64,000 nucleotides of DNA. Source: a virus. Position 1 is the first letter of the stretch. Every line of letters begins with the position of its first letter. The DNA lies in IMG/VR virus record IMGVR_UViG_3300036832_001149, positions 11,535 to 75,534 of that record. The stretch is one strand, 5' to 3'. Made by a program: the position numbers and the translations under genes. Positions 35,706-44,029 of this stretch are shown one piece after another. The notes beneath the pieces were generated by a model. The model saw nothing but the letters and a program-made list of their open reading frames with translations, did no database searches and was not told the origin of the DNA.

Positions 35706-38700
35706 ATGAGCACGATGGCCAAGCGCAAGCCGGTCCGGCTGGACCACCACCACTTCGGCGAGTCGCCGGACGACCCCACCTTCAACATCGACGCCGCCCG
35801 CCAGTCCCACGCCGATGTGATGCGGCGCTGGGACGACCCGGTCGAGGGGGACGACTTCAAGGCGCTGATGCTGCACACCATCCAGAACGCCACCGCCGTG
35901 CAGATCGAGAAGCACCGGGCCGACATCCAGGCGTTCCTGGACGCCTTCGGGGCCACCCAGAAGGAGACGGTGGGCAAGGCCATCGTCAAGGCGTATGTGG
36001 CCAACTCGGTCAGCGCCGCCCGGGAGTTCGGCATCAAGGACGCCGGACAGCAGTTCGGCAAGGACTCCGCCTGGGATGAGAGCAAGTGGACGCGCAACCA
36101 CGGCCAGTTCAGCAGTTACCGGGGCGGCCGGGTGGGTCAGAAGCTGTCCGACCGACGCTTCGAACCGGCCGCCACCGGGGCTGATCTCGGCTACGGCAGT
36201 CAGGGGCGCAGCTACGACGAGCACCTGCGCCAGCAGGCCCTGTTGGCCCAGGCCGCCCGCATCGGGGCGGCGGCCGGGAGCCGGGAACAGGAGGTGCTGT
36301 ACCGGATCAAGGACAAGAAGGGCAACGTCCGCGACGTGGTCCCGGGCAAGGGCCAGGTGCCCAAGCTCAAGCGCGGCGAGCGGCTGCTCGGCCCCCGGGG
36401 CACCGGCATCAAGGGCGACGACCTGACGATGAACGACGTCGGCTTCAACCTGATCCAGGCGCTGGGCGTCCCGGCCGAGAAGGCCCGGCGGTCGGTCGAT
36501 GCCGCCGGTCGCACGGTGGGTGCGGGCAGCGACTTCGCCACCGAGTGGAACAACCACGCCAACGCCAATTACGGCACCGAGAAGGGCGCGGCCTACCACA
36601 ACATCAAGGCCGGGGCCGATGCGCTGCAGGCCATCGCGGGCGGCAACCCCAAGGCCCAGGTGGCCATCACCGTCGGCAAGTGGGTCGGCACCCACGGCCC
36701 GGAGGCGGAGAAGGTGCTCGGCCCGCACGCCCGCAAGACGGCCTACAAGTACCGGGGGGTCGAGCGGGCCGCCCGGGACCTGCCGATCCGGCAGGGCGGC
36801 ATGACCGACCGGGACTACCACGACCGGCTGGTGGCCAAGATCGCGGGCAACATCCCCTCGGCCGGGGTGCACGCGCTCAACCTGGCCTCGGGCCACACCG
36901 CGCCCAGCCACGGCTACCTGATCAACGACAAGGGCAAGGTCATCACCGAGGCGCACGGCTACGGGGACGACCACTACCTGCCGTTCAAGCTCTCCGTGCT
37001 GAACCGGATGCGGGGCGGCTCCTACATCCGCACCCGCTCGACCGGGGGTCCCACCACCGAGGACATCTACGCCACCGCGATCAGCGGGGGCACCGGGTTC
37101 ACCGTGGCCAGCCGCCAGGGCACCTACGAGGTGGCCTTCGACTCCGACTTCACCCACCACAAGCGCTTCGGCGACATCGCGCTGGGGATGAGCAAGCGCT
37201 ACGGCAAGATCCTGGACGCGGTGTCCAGCGGCAAGGTGGTGGCCAAGGGCGAGGTGACCGACAAGCAGTACCAGGACTGGGTCGTCAAGGGGATGGAGCA
37301 GTTCGAGCACGACCCCAACCAGTTCCAATTGGCCCACGACTACGCCAAGGGGCTGGCCGAGCAGCAGGAGAGCAAGCACGGCCGCCCGCTGTCCCTCGAC
37401 GGCGAGGGCTACGAATACGCGCTGAAGGCGTTGCACAGCCAGTACCCGTACTACATCGCCAGCACGGCCTACACCCGGCCCAACGACCAGCGGTTCTGGG
37501 ACATCAGCGGCGAGGACGGGCACATCGCCCGGATCGGCAGCAGCCACGAGCGGGACACCGGCTACGTCAAGGCCCGGCACATCAAGTCGGCCGACGCCCT
37601 GGTCGGTTACTACGACCCGAGCATCGCCGGGGAGTCCAAGGGCCCCACCGGCCAGCCCACCGGCTCGGGCAAGGTGAGCGGCGACCTGGCCCACTACGCC
37701 AACTGGCGGCACAACCCCTACAACGCCGACAGCCCGGCAGCCCGCAAGGCCCAGGGCGAGGCGGACCGGCGGTCCCGGGAGCAGGCCGAGGCCCAGGCCC
37801 GACACGCGGCCGAGAACCGGGCCCAGCACGGTGCGACCGGCGGGGTCGGGTCCAACACCGTCCAGCAGGGCAGCCAACTGCGCAACACCGGCCAGGGGGC
37901 GGGCCGGGTCAGCCTGGCGACCGGGCTGGACGCCCGGGGCCAGCGGCTGATGGACATGGTCAAGGCGGTGCACACGTACCGCACCCAGCACGGCCAGGGG
38001 GTCGGGGCCGAGATCGTGCAGTGGCACGCCAACCCCGACGCCTTCGCCCAGGACTACGCGGCCAACCCGAACAAGGTCGAGGCCCAGGTGATGGAGCGGT
38101 ACAACCGGCTGCCGGGCAACCCCACCTCCATCTCGCTGCGCCAGCACCCGGACGAGGAGGTGGACACGAGGATGAACCAGGCCGACGACGAGTGGGCGAT
38201 GAATGAACTGCGCAGCCACCTGCAGACGCCCGAGTCCCAGGACATCCGGGAGGCGCTGGCCGAGACGGGCGGGGTGATGTACCACGAGGACCCGGACACG
38301 CATGTCGACGCCGACCCGGCGGCGCGGTGGGACGCCTATCACTTCGTGCTGCCCCGACAGGACCTGTTGAACCGGGCGTTCGAGGACGTCGAGGACCCGG
38401 GCGAGAAGGCGGGGCTGATCCACCGGGCCAACGAGATGATGGACAAGGAGCTTGAACTGGACCAGATCGAGCAGAACAACGAGGTTCCCTACGAGGACAA
38501 GTGGAACCCGGAGGATGCCGACTACGAGGCCGAAGGAGAACCGAAGGAGGCGCACATCCCGGGAATCAGCCATGAGCAGGCGCGGGCGCTGCAGGTCTCG
38601 GCCGTGGGCAGTGCCCTGACCCAGGTCGCCGACGCCCACCGCCTGGAAAAGCCCACCGGGGCGGGCATCGAGGACCTGGACGACCGGCTGCGGTGGGAGA

Positions 38701-39041
38701 AGCAGCGGGCGGCCCTGAACAACCACATCGCGGCCTGGGAGGAGAACCCGATGGACGAGGATGACTACCGGGATGCCGTGTTCGGCCTGGGGACGTTGCT
38801 GAAGGACCCGACCACGGCCGACCTGGGTGGCTATGAGGTGGACCTGCCGGGCGGGCGGGCCACCCTGAGCCAACTGCACCGGGGCCTGGCCCTGACGGCC
38901 GAGCAGAAGCGCCACGGCCTGGGCAAGCGGTACACGGTCGTCAAGCGCACCCCTCGGTACCGCAGCACGGGCTGGAGTGCCCGGCCAGCCGTGCTCAAGG
39001 TGCGGGTGAAGCGGACCGGGGTGAAGGAAAGGACACGGTGA
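35706..39041 (+). CDS. large multidomain putative internal virion (polyvalent-like) protein
   Basis: 1111 aa between portal and MuF; WDESKWTR..GQF motif; degenerate JAB-like segment. Confidence 0.8.
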   Translation: MSTMAKRKPVRLDHHHFGESPDDPTFNIDAARQSHADVMRRWDDPVEGDDFKALMLHTIQNATAVQIEKHRADIQAFLDAFGATQKETVGKAIVKAYVANSVSAAREFGIKDAGQQFGKDSAWDESKWTRNHGQFSSYRGGRVGQKLSDRRFEPAATGADLGYGSQGRSYDEHLRQQALLAQAARIGAAAGSREQEVLYRIKDKKGNVRDVVPGKGQVPKLKRGERLLGPRGTGIKGDDLTMNDVGFNLIQALGVPAEKARRSVDAAGRTVGAGSDFATEWNNHANANYGTEKGAAYHNIKAGADALQAIAGGNPKAQVAITVGKWVGTHGPEAEKVLGPHARKTAYKYRGVERAARDLPIRQGGMTDRDYHDRLVAKIAGNIPSAGVHALNLASGHTAPSHGYLINDKGKVITEAHGYGDDHYLPFKLSVLNRMRGGSYIRTRSTGGPTTEDIYATAISGGTGFTVASRQGTYEVAFDSDFTHHKRFGDIALGMSKRYGKILDAVSSGKVVAKGEVTDKQYQDWVVKGMEQFEHDPNQFQLAHDYAKGLAEQQESKHGRPLSLDGEGYEYALKALHSQYPYYIASTAYTRPNDQRFWDISGEDGHIARIGSSHERDTGYVKARHIKSADALVGYYDPSIAGESKGPTGQPTGSGKVSGDLAHYANWRHNPYNADSPAARKAQGEADRRSREQAEAQARHAAENRAQHGATGGVGSNTVQQGSQLRNTGQGAGRVSLATGLDARGQRLMDMVKAVHTYRTQHGQGVGAEIVQWHANPDAFAQDYAANPNKVEAQVMERYNRLPGNPTSISLRQHPDEEVDTRMNQADDEWAMNELRSHLQTPESQDIREALAETGGVMYHEDPDTHVDADPAARWDAYHFVLPRQDLLNRAFEDVEDPGEKAGLIHRANEMMDKELELDQIEQNNEVPYEDKWNPEDADYEAEGEPKEAHIPGISHEQARALQVSAVGSALTQVADAHRLEKPTGAGIEDLDDRLRWEKQRAALNNHIAAWEENPMDEDDYRDAVFGLGTLLKDPTTADLGGYEVDLPGGRATLSQLHRGLALTAEQKRHGLGKRYTVVKRTPRYRSTGWSARPAVLKVRVKRTGVKERTR

Positions 39042-39060
39042 ACAAGGAAGGAAAATGGCA

Positions 39061-39093
39061 TAAAAAAAGAGCCGACCCACTATGGTCGACTCT
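39061..39093 (-). terminator. intrinsic terminator
   Basis: GAGTCGACC-ATAGTG-GGTCGGCTC-T7. Confidence 0.8.
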
Positions 39094-39371
39094 GATGAAA
39101 TCGGACATCCCCCTCCGTGGAAAGGAGTAGCTCATGACCTCAGCGGTGTCGAGATCATCTTCTCTTGATCTGGATGAGGGCCTCGCGGGCTCGTCCCTCT
39201 TCCAGCCCTACGATCCGATGAATCTCTTCTCCCCTGATGTCCTGGCATCTCCTTCCACTACCCCCTCCGGGCAACGACCCTTTGTTTCCGGGCCTAGTTC
39301 AGTCGCTCGACACCACCACAACGAAGCGCTGATTGCATCAGCCCTTCTCCTTGGTGCTGTCTCGCTCCTTC
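39061..39371 (-). ncRNA. candidate ~310-nt structured ncRNA (RNA-C)
   Basis: TGT-TAGAGT -10 at 39375-39383; long-range stems; terminator at 39061-39093. Confidence 0.55.
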
Positions 39372-39505
39372 ACCACTCTAACAAACGAGATAAAGAAATA
39401 TCACAGGTTTCTGTGATTCCTGGCATCCGGGGGTCACAAATTGGTAACAGTTCTGCACCACTGAGTTTCTACCTCAACTCGGCGGCGTGGTTACGCGGTG
39501 CGGTA

Positions 39506-40969
39506 ATGGCCGATACCGCCACCCAGATGGCCTCGGTACTGCCCGGAATACTGCAGCCAGCCGCCCAGGCTGGCATCAAGTTGGGTATGGATGCTTTGTT
39601 CCGCCACACCCTTGGCGGTGGCCTTCCCGCTGCACAACGCAGAGAACTGGCCAACTCCACCAACCTGGTCTCCCGGACCTGGCTGCACCGCTATGCGGCC
39701 CAACTGGGGAAAGGAGTCGGAGAGGCATCCGCTGACGGGCTGTTGGTCTCGCTGTCCACGCTGCAGCGCAGTTCCCTGACCGAAGACCTGGCCTGGCGGG
39801 TACTGCATTCAGCGGCCGGACTACCACCGGGTCAGAGTGTCTCCGTGCTGCGGGTGGCCCAGAATCGGCTGAACACAGCGCTGAACACCCGTAAGCCCAT
39901 CACTCCGCTAGATCTCGGTCAGGATGTCGGCCAACTGCTGCTGGCGCGCCGGGCGCGCCTGATCGCAGACAACGAGTCCGTCGTGGCCCGCAACTTCGGT
40001 ACCCAGTTGCTGCTGATGAACGCGGTCAAGCAGGGCTACCTGCCCGCCGATGCCAAGAAGGTATGGGTCACCGCTGTGGATGAACGGGTCTGCCCGGTCT
40101 GCGCTCCGATGGACTCGGTGGCGGTGGGGATCGAGGAGTCCTTCACCGTCCGCCCGCATAGGGGAGTGCTGAGCCATGAGGTCCGGCTGTGGGTGCCACC
40201 GGCCCATCCGCTGTGCCGCTGCCGCATCGTCCCGGAACGGGCCATCGAACACGGCATCATCACCCGCACCGCGCGGTTCAGCCGCACGGATGGGAGGGCC
40301 CGGCTCACCAGCCGACTGGATGACCTGGTGGCCCGTCACACCACTCCGGGCTGGATGGACTCCGAGGTCGACAAGGGCTGGTCCCAGGCACTGCACCCGC
40401 GTTCCACCTCAGGCAAGTTCATCGTGGCCGGGGCTGTGGTCGGCGCGGTCGCCGCTCGTGAGCTTGCCGATCTGCGCCGTATCCAGTTGCAGACCAAGCA
40501 GGGCTACGCGGTGTCCTCCGGCTTCGTGCCGCGCAAGCGCTATCGCACCATTCGGGGCATCAGCGACGCCCCGGCCGGAACGGTGATCACCCAGGCCAAC
40601 CATCCCGAAGGCACCTACCTGGTGTCCTCCGCCGCGCTGCGCAACTACCGGTTCTCACCGGCCCGGCGGCCCGAGGGACACATGGAGCATCTGACCGAGG
40701 CGATGCGGCGACAGGGTTTCACCCAGCCGATCCAGATGCGGATCTACAGCGGCGATTCCCCGCGCGCCGCCGAGGTGTGGGACGGTCATCACCGCCTGTC
40801 GGTGGCTGACCAATTGGGCATCAAGGCGGTTCCGGCCACGGTGGTGCATGTCGATGAGCCGCCATTCCGGCCGACCAAGGTGTTGCACGTCTGGCGGATC
40901 ACCCATCAACGTTGGCATGGGCGCACCCTGGCGCATGCAGCAGTGACCGGACAGACCAAGGAGGCTTGA
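39506..40969 (+). CDS. MuF-like minor capsid protein fused to a C-terminal ParB/Srx-like domain (alternative start 39134)
   Basis: KVWVT..DERVCPVC...PPAHPLCRC; HPRSTSGKF; GFTQPI...DGHHRL..A..LG...VP. Confidence 0.85.
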   Translation: MADTATQMASVLPGILQPAAQAGIKLGMDALFRHTLGGGLPAAQRRELANSTNLVSRTWLHRYAAQLGKGVGEASADGLLVSLSTLQRSSLTEDLAWRVLHSAAGLPPGQSVSVLRVAQNRLNTALNTRKPITPLDLGQDVGQLLLARRARLIADNESVVARNFGTQLLLMNAVKQGYLPADAKKVWVTAVDERVCPVCAPMDSVAVGIEESFTVRPHRGVLSHEVRLWVPPAHPLCRCRIVPERAIEHGIITRTARFSRTDGRARLTSRLDDLVARHTTPGWMDSEVDKGWSQALHPRSTSGKFIVAGAVVGAVAARELADLRRIQLQTKQGYAVSSGFVPRKRYRTIRGISDAPAGTVITQANHPEGTYLVSSAALRNYRFSPARRPEGHMEHLTEAMRRQGFTQPIQMRIYSGDSPRAAEVWDGHHRLSVADQLGIKAVPATVVHVDEPPFRPTKVLHVWRITHQRWHGRTLAHAAVTGQTKEA

Positions 40970-40972
40970 TAC

Positions 40973-42373
40973 ATGGATGCCAGTGACGCGGTGGCCACCC
41001 TGCACCGGATCGATCCCGATTTCCGGGACATCTGCGCGGCGTTGTATCCCGGCCTGGAGCCGCGCGAGGTGGCCGATGCCGTCTACGGTGTTGCCACCAA
41101 CGGCGGCGTAGCCAAGGGCGAACCGGACAGTGCTGACGTGCATGTGCCGACGACCAACTGGCGCAACGGTCGTGGTCACACCAAGGGCCGGGGTCGACGC
41201 AAGATCGACACCGACGTGACCTCCACCCGGTTCGTAGCCAAGGCCGTCACCTCGACCATGCCCGGTCAGACCAACCACTCCGGCGCGGCCCGCAAGATCG
41301 GTCTGGCCACCACGGCGGTCGGCACCGGCATCAGCGCGGTGTCGCTGCCCAAGCACCTCAAGCACCTGCCCGCCGCGATGAAGAACGCCAAGACCGGCCC
41401 CAGTGTGGGCGAGGGCATCAAGAGTTCGGTCCGGGCGGTGCGACAGTTCTCCAAGCCCGAGGGCGACTCGGCCCTCAAGGGCACGGCCGGGGCGGTGAAG
41501 GCCGGGCTGAACGTCGCCCGGGAGAACCCACGCATCAGTGCTGGGCTGCTGCTGGGGGCGACCGCCGTGCACACGGCCAACCTCGGTGGTGAGGCCATCG
41601 CCACCCACGTGCTGCACAGTGGCGGGACGAAGCCGCCCACGATCGACCAGCCCGACATCCACAAGTCGTGGGCCACGGCCCAGGCGATGTTGGTGCAGGC
41701 CAACCGAGCGGGCCTGATCACCAAGGCCGAGGCGCTGCGGCTGGGTCGGGCCGTCTACACCGACCTGGCCAAGACCGACGGCCACGAGATCATCTCCGGC
41801 AACCTGAAGCTGACCCAGTTGAAGGCCCCGCCGCCGGTGAAGGTCGACCAGCCCAAGCTGTCCCCGACCCGCATCGGGCTGCCCAAGCCGGGCAAGTCCG
41901 GCGCGGGATCGTCCGGCAAGACCAGCAACAAGAGCGTGAAAAAGAGCGAGCCGTCCATCGAGATGTCCGGTGAGATCTCCAAGCTCAACGAGGACAAGCA
42001 GCAGTGCTTCGGCTGGTGCAGCGTGGTCAAGGTCGACGGCAAGGACGTCGTGGACAAGCAGAACGACCTGATCGACATCGACGACCTGGAGACCTCGGCC
42101 TACGACTACATGCTCACCTCGCGCAAGGGCGGCGACATGCACCGGCGCGCCTCCGACGGCGGGGTGCACCACGTGGCCGACGTGATCGAGTCCTTCGTGC
42201 TGACCCCGGAGAAGATCTCCAAGATGGGCCTGCCTGACAATATGCAGCAGGGCTGGTGGATCGGCATGCAGGTGCACGACGACGGGCTGTGGGACGACGT
42301 GAAATCGGGCCGCAAGCGGAGGTTCTCCGTGCACGGGACCGGGAAGAGATCCGAGGTGTTGGTCGATGCGTGA
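40973..42373 (+). CDS. capsid maturation protease (XkdF-like S78) with long N-terminal extension
   Basis: FGWCSV...DKQND.I...GDMH...ESF...GWWIG...WDDVKSG...FSVHG. Confidence 0.85.
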   Translation: MDASDAVATLHRIDPDFRDICAALYPGLEPREVADAVYGVATNGGVAKGEPDSADVHVPTTNWRNGRGHTKGRGRRKIDTDVTSTRFVAKAVTSTMPGQTNHSGAARKIGLATTAVGTGISAVSLPKHLKHLPAAMKNAKTGPSVGEGIKSSVRAVRQFSKPEGDSALKGTAGAVKAGLNVARENPRISAGLLLGATAVHTANLGGEAIATHVLHSGGTKPPTIDQPDIHKSWATAQAMLVQANRAGLITKAEALRLGRAVYTDLAKTDGHEIISGNLKLTQLKAPPPVKVDQPKLSPTRIGLPKPGKSGAGSSGKTSNKSVKKSEPSIEMSGEISKLNEDKQQCFGWCSVVKVDGKDVVDKQNDLIDIDDLETSAYDYMLTSRKGGDMHRRASDGGVHHVADVIESFVLTPEKISKMGLPDNMQQGWWIGMQVHDDGLWDDVKSGRKRRFSVHGTGKRSEVLVDA

Positions 42374-42731
42374 TGCGTTCGGGGTGGAACGACCCGACCT
42401 GGACGGAGTAGCCAAGGCGGCCTACAAGGACAGCAACCAGACGCTGTCCGGTCCCGGGAAGGCGGCCGTCACCGGTGGGGCCGGTCTCACGGGGGCGGGC
42501 GGTGGACTGCTGCACGGTGGATACAAGACGGTCCAGCGGACCAAGTGGGCCGGTCAGCCCCAGGCCCATCTGGCCAACGGGGTCAAGCTGATGCCCAATC
42601 CCAGCCACCCGGACGTGGCCGCACTGCGGTTGGGCCGCCAGGCGGTACGCGGCGGGGCGGCCACCACCGCCCTCGGCGTGGGTCTGGGTGCGGCCGGGCT
42701 GGCCCGGGGCTGGCAGCGCAAGAACCGGTAG
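42366..42731 (+). CDS. putative internal head cargo protein (DAFGV leader, Gly-rich hydrophobic helices)
   Basis: MRDAFGVERPDLDGVAKA; GxxxG helices; basic C-terminus. Confidence 0.7.
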   Translation: MRDAFGVERPDLDGVAKAAYKDSNQTLSGPGKAAVTGGAGLTGAGGGLLHGGYKTVQRTKWAGQPQAHLANGVKLMPNPSHPDVAALRLGRQAVRGGAATTALGVGLGAAGLARGWQRKNR

Positions 42732-42740
42732 GAGGCGGAT

Positions 42741-42830
42741 ATGACCGAGATTCAGGGCTGGTTCCTCGTGGTCGAGGTCGGCATCATCGCGTTGGCGGTG
42801 CTGCTCGGGGACCGCTGGCCGCGCCGATGA
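42741..42830 (+). CDS. 29-aa single-TM peptide
   Basis: AGGAGG RBS; MTEIQGWFLVVEVGIIALAVLLGDRWPRR. Confidence 0.6.
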   Translation: MTEIQGWFLVVEVGIIALAVLLGDRWPRR

Positions 42831-43273
42831 CCGACGTCTATCCCACCACCGCGCTGCTGCGCTCGCGCCGGGAACAGCCGCCGCCGGTCACCACCTACGG
42901 TGGGCCGGTCGAGGTGACGACCTTCACCACCACCTCGGTCATCGCGCTGCCCCAGCCGGTCAACCTGTCCCTGTACGCCGGGGATGACTTCTACCTCGAC
43001 CTGGTGCTGACCAGCGCCGTGGACGCCTCCGCGCTCGACCTGTCCGGGTGCAGTTGCCAGGCCCAGATCCGGGCCACCGCCGCCGACAGCACGGTGCTGG
43101 CCGCGTTCGTGACCTCCATCCTGGGCAACGTCGTCACCCTGCACCTGTCGCACACCGTCTCGGCCACCCTGGTCCCGGGTGTGTGGGATGCCCAGTTGAT
43201 CGCGGCCAACGGCGATATCGTCACCCTGGTCGCCGGATCGGTGACCGTGGCCCCGGAGGTGACCCGCCCATGA
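42827..43273 (+). CDS. beta-sandwich fibre adaptor
   Basis: [13 protein letters not shown]...GVWDAQL...TLVAG.VTV.PEVTR; paralogue of 47320. Confidence 0.75.
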   Translation: MTDVYPTTALLRSRREQPPPVTTYGGPVEVTTFTTTSVIALPQPVNLSLYAGDDFYLDLVLTSAVDASALDLSGCSCQAQIRATAADSTVLAAFVTSILGNVVTLHLSHTVSATLVPGVWDAQLIAANGDIVTLVAGSVTVAPEVTRP

Positions 43274-43446
43274 CCGAGCCCGGCGTCGACCAGCAGCAGT
43301 TCACCACCGCCACGCCCCAGTCCGTGCCGGTCGCGGTGGTCATAAAGCCCTCCGGACCGCCGCCGGTGATCACCTTCCCGACCGGGTCCGAGCCGCCGCT
43401 GGCCGGGATCGCCAACGGCACCCTGCTGGTCGAGTACACCCCGTGA
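43270..43446 (+). CDS. small virion protein
   Basis: ATGA overlap. Confidence 0.6.
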   Translation: MTEPGVDQQQFTTATPQSVPVAVVIKPSGPPPVITFPTGSEPPLAGIANGTLLVEYTP

Positions 43447-43456
43447 AGGAGATGCC

Positions 43457-44002
43457 ATGAGCGCCATAGTCCCCGGCGAGATATTGCTGAAGTACTCGAC
43501 CACCTCCGGGTCGGCCGGGAACACCACCACCGGAGCGCCCACCACCTCGCTGGGCAAGTACATCTCCAGCACCCAGTGGGTCGGGGGTGGGTCCAACGAC
43601 CTGTTCGACGACATCAGCGCGGCCGAGAACGCGGCCTCGACCGTCGACTACCGCTGTGTGTTCGTGCACAACACCAACGCCGCCAACGCCATGCAGAACA
43701 CCGTCGCGTACCTCTCGGCCGAGGTCGCGGGCGGGGCCAGCATCGCCATCGGGGTCGATACCACCGCCGCGTCCGCGCTCGGCTCGGCCGCCGCCCAGGC
43801 GCTGTCCATCGCCAACGAGACGACCGCCCCGGTCGGGGTGACCTTCTCCTCGCCGACGAGCGCCGGGGCCGGTATCCCCCTCGGCTCGATCGCTGTCGGG
43901 CAGGTCCGGGCGTTCTGGGTCCGGCGCACGGCGGCCAACACCTCCGCGCTGTCCAACGACGGCGTCACGATCGCCGTCCAGTGCGACACCGGCAGCCTCT
44001 GA
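43457..44002 (+). CDS. virion structural protein
   Basis: AAGGAG RBS; LFDDIS..EN....DYRCVF.HN...AFWVRR. Confidence 0.75.
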   Translation: MSAIVPGEILLKYSTTSGSAGNTTTGAPTTSLGKYISSTQWVGGGSNDLFDDISAAENAASTVDYRCVFVHNTNAANAMQNTVAYLSAEVAGGASIAIGVDTTAASALGSAAAQALSIANETTAPVGVTFSSPTSAGAGIPLGSIAVGQVRAFWVRRTAANTSALSNDGVTIAVQCDTGSL

Positions 44003-44029
44003 TCGACCCCACCCGAAAGGGGTGAGACA

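Noticed and set aside
263-39068. T(A/C)ATG(C/T)C after many terminators as a -35 element
   Set aside because: The motif does recur, but spacing to downstream -10 boxes is inconsistent and such tails are common after phage terminators.
39092-39125. CTGATGA...GAAA as a hammerhead ribozyme
   Set aside because: Stem II does not close next to the core and there is no stem I/III partner; the site abuts a minus-strand terminator.
39134-39505. 124-aa N-terminal extension of MuF from ATG 39134 (has AAAGGAG)
   Set aside because: Atypical codon usage and Ser-rich composition; the SD-like sequence is explained as the complement of a stem of the antisense RNA. Not fully excluded.
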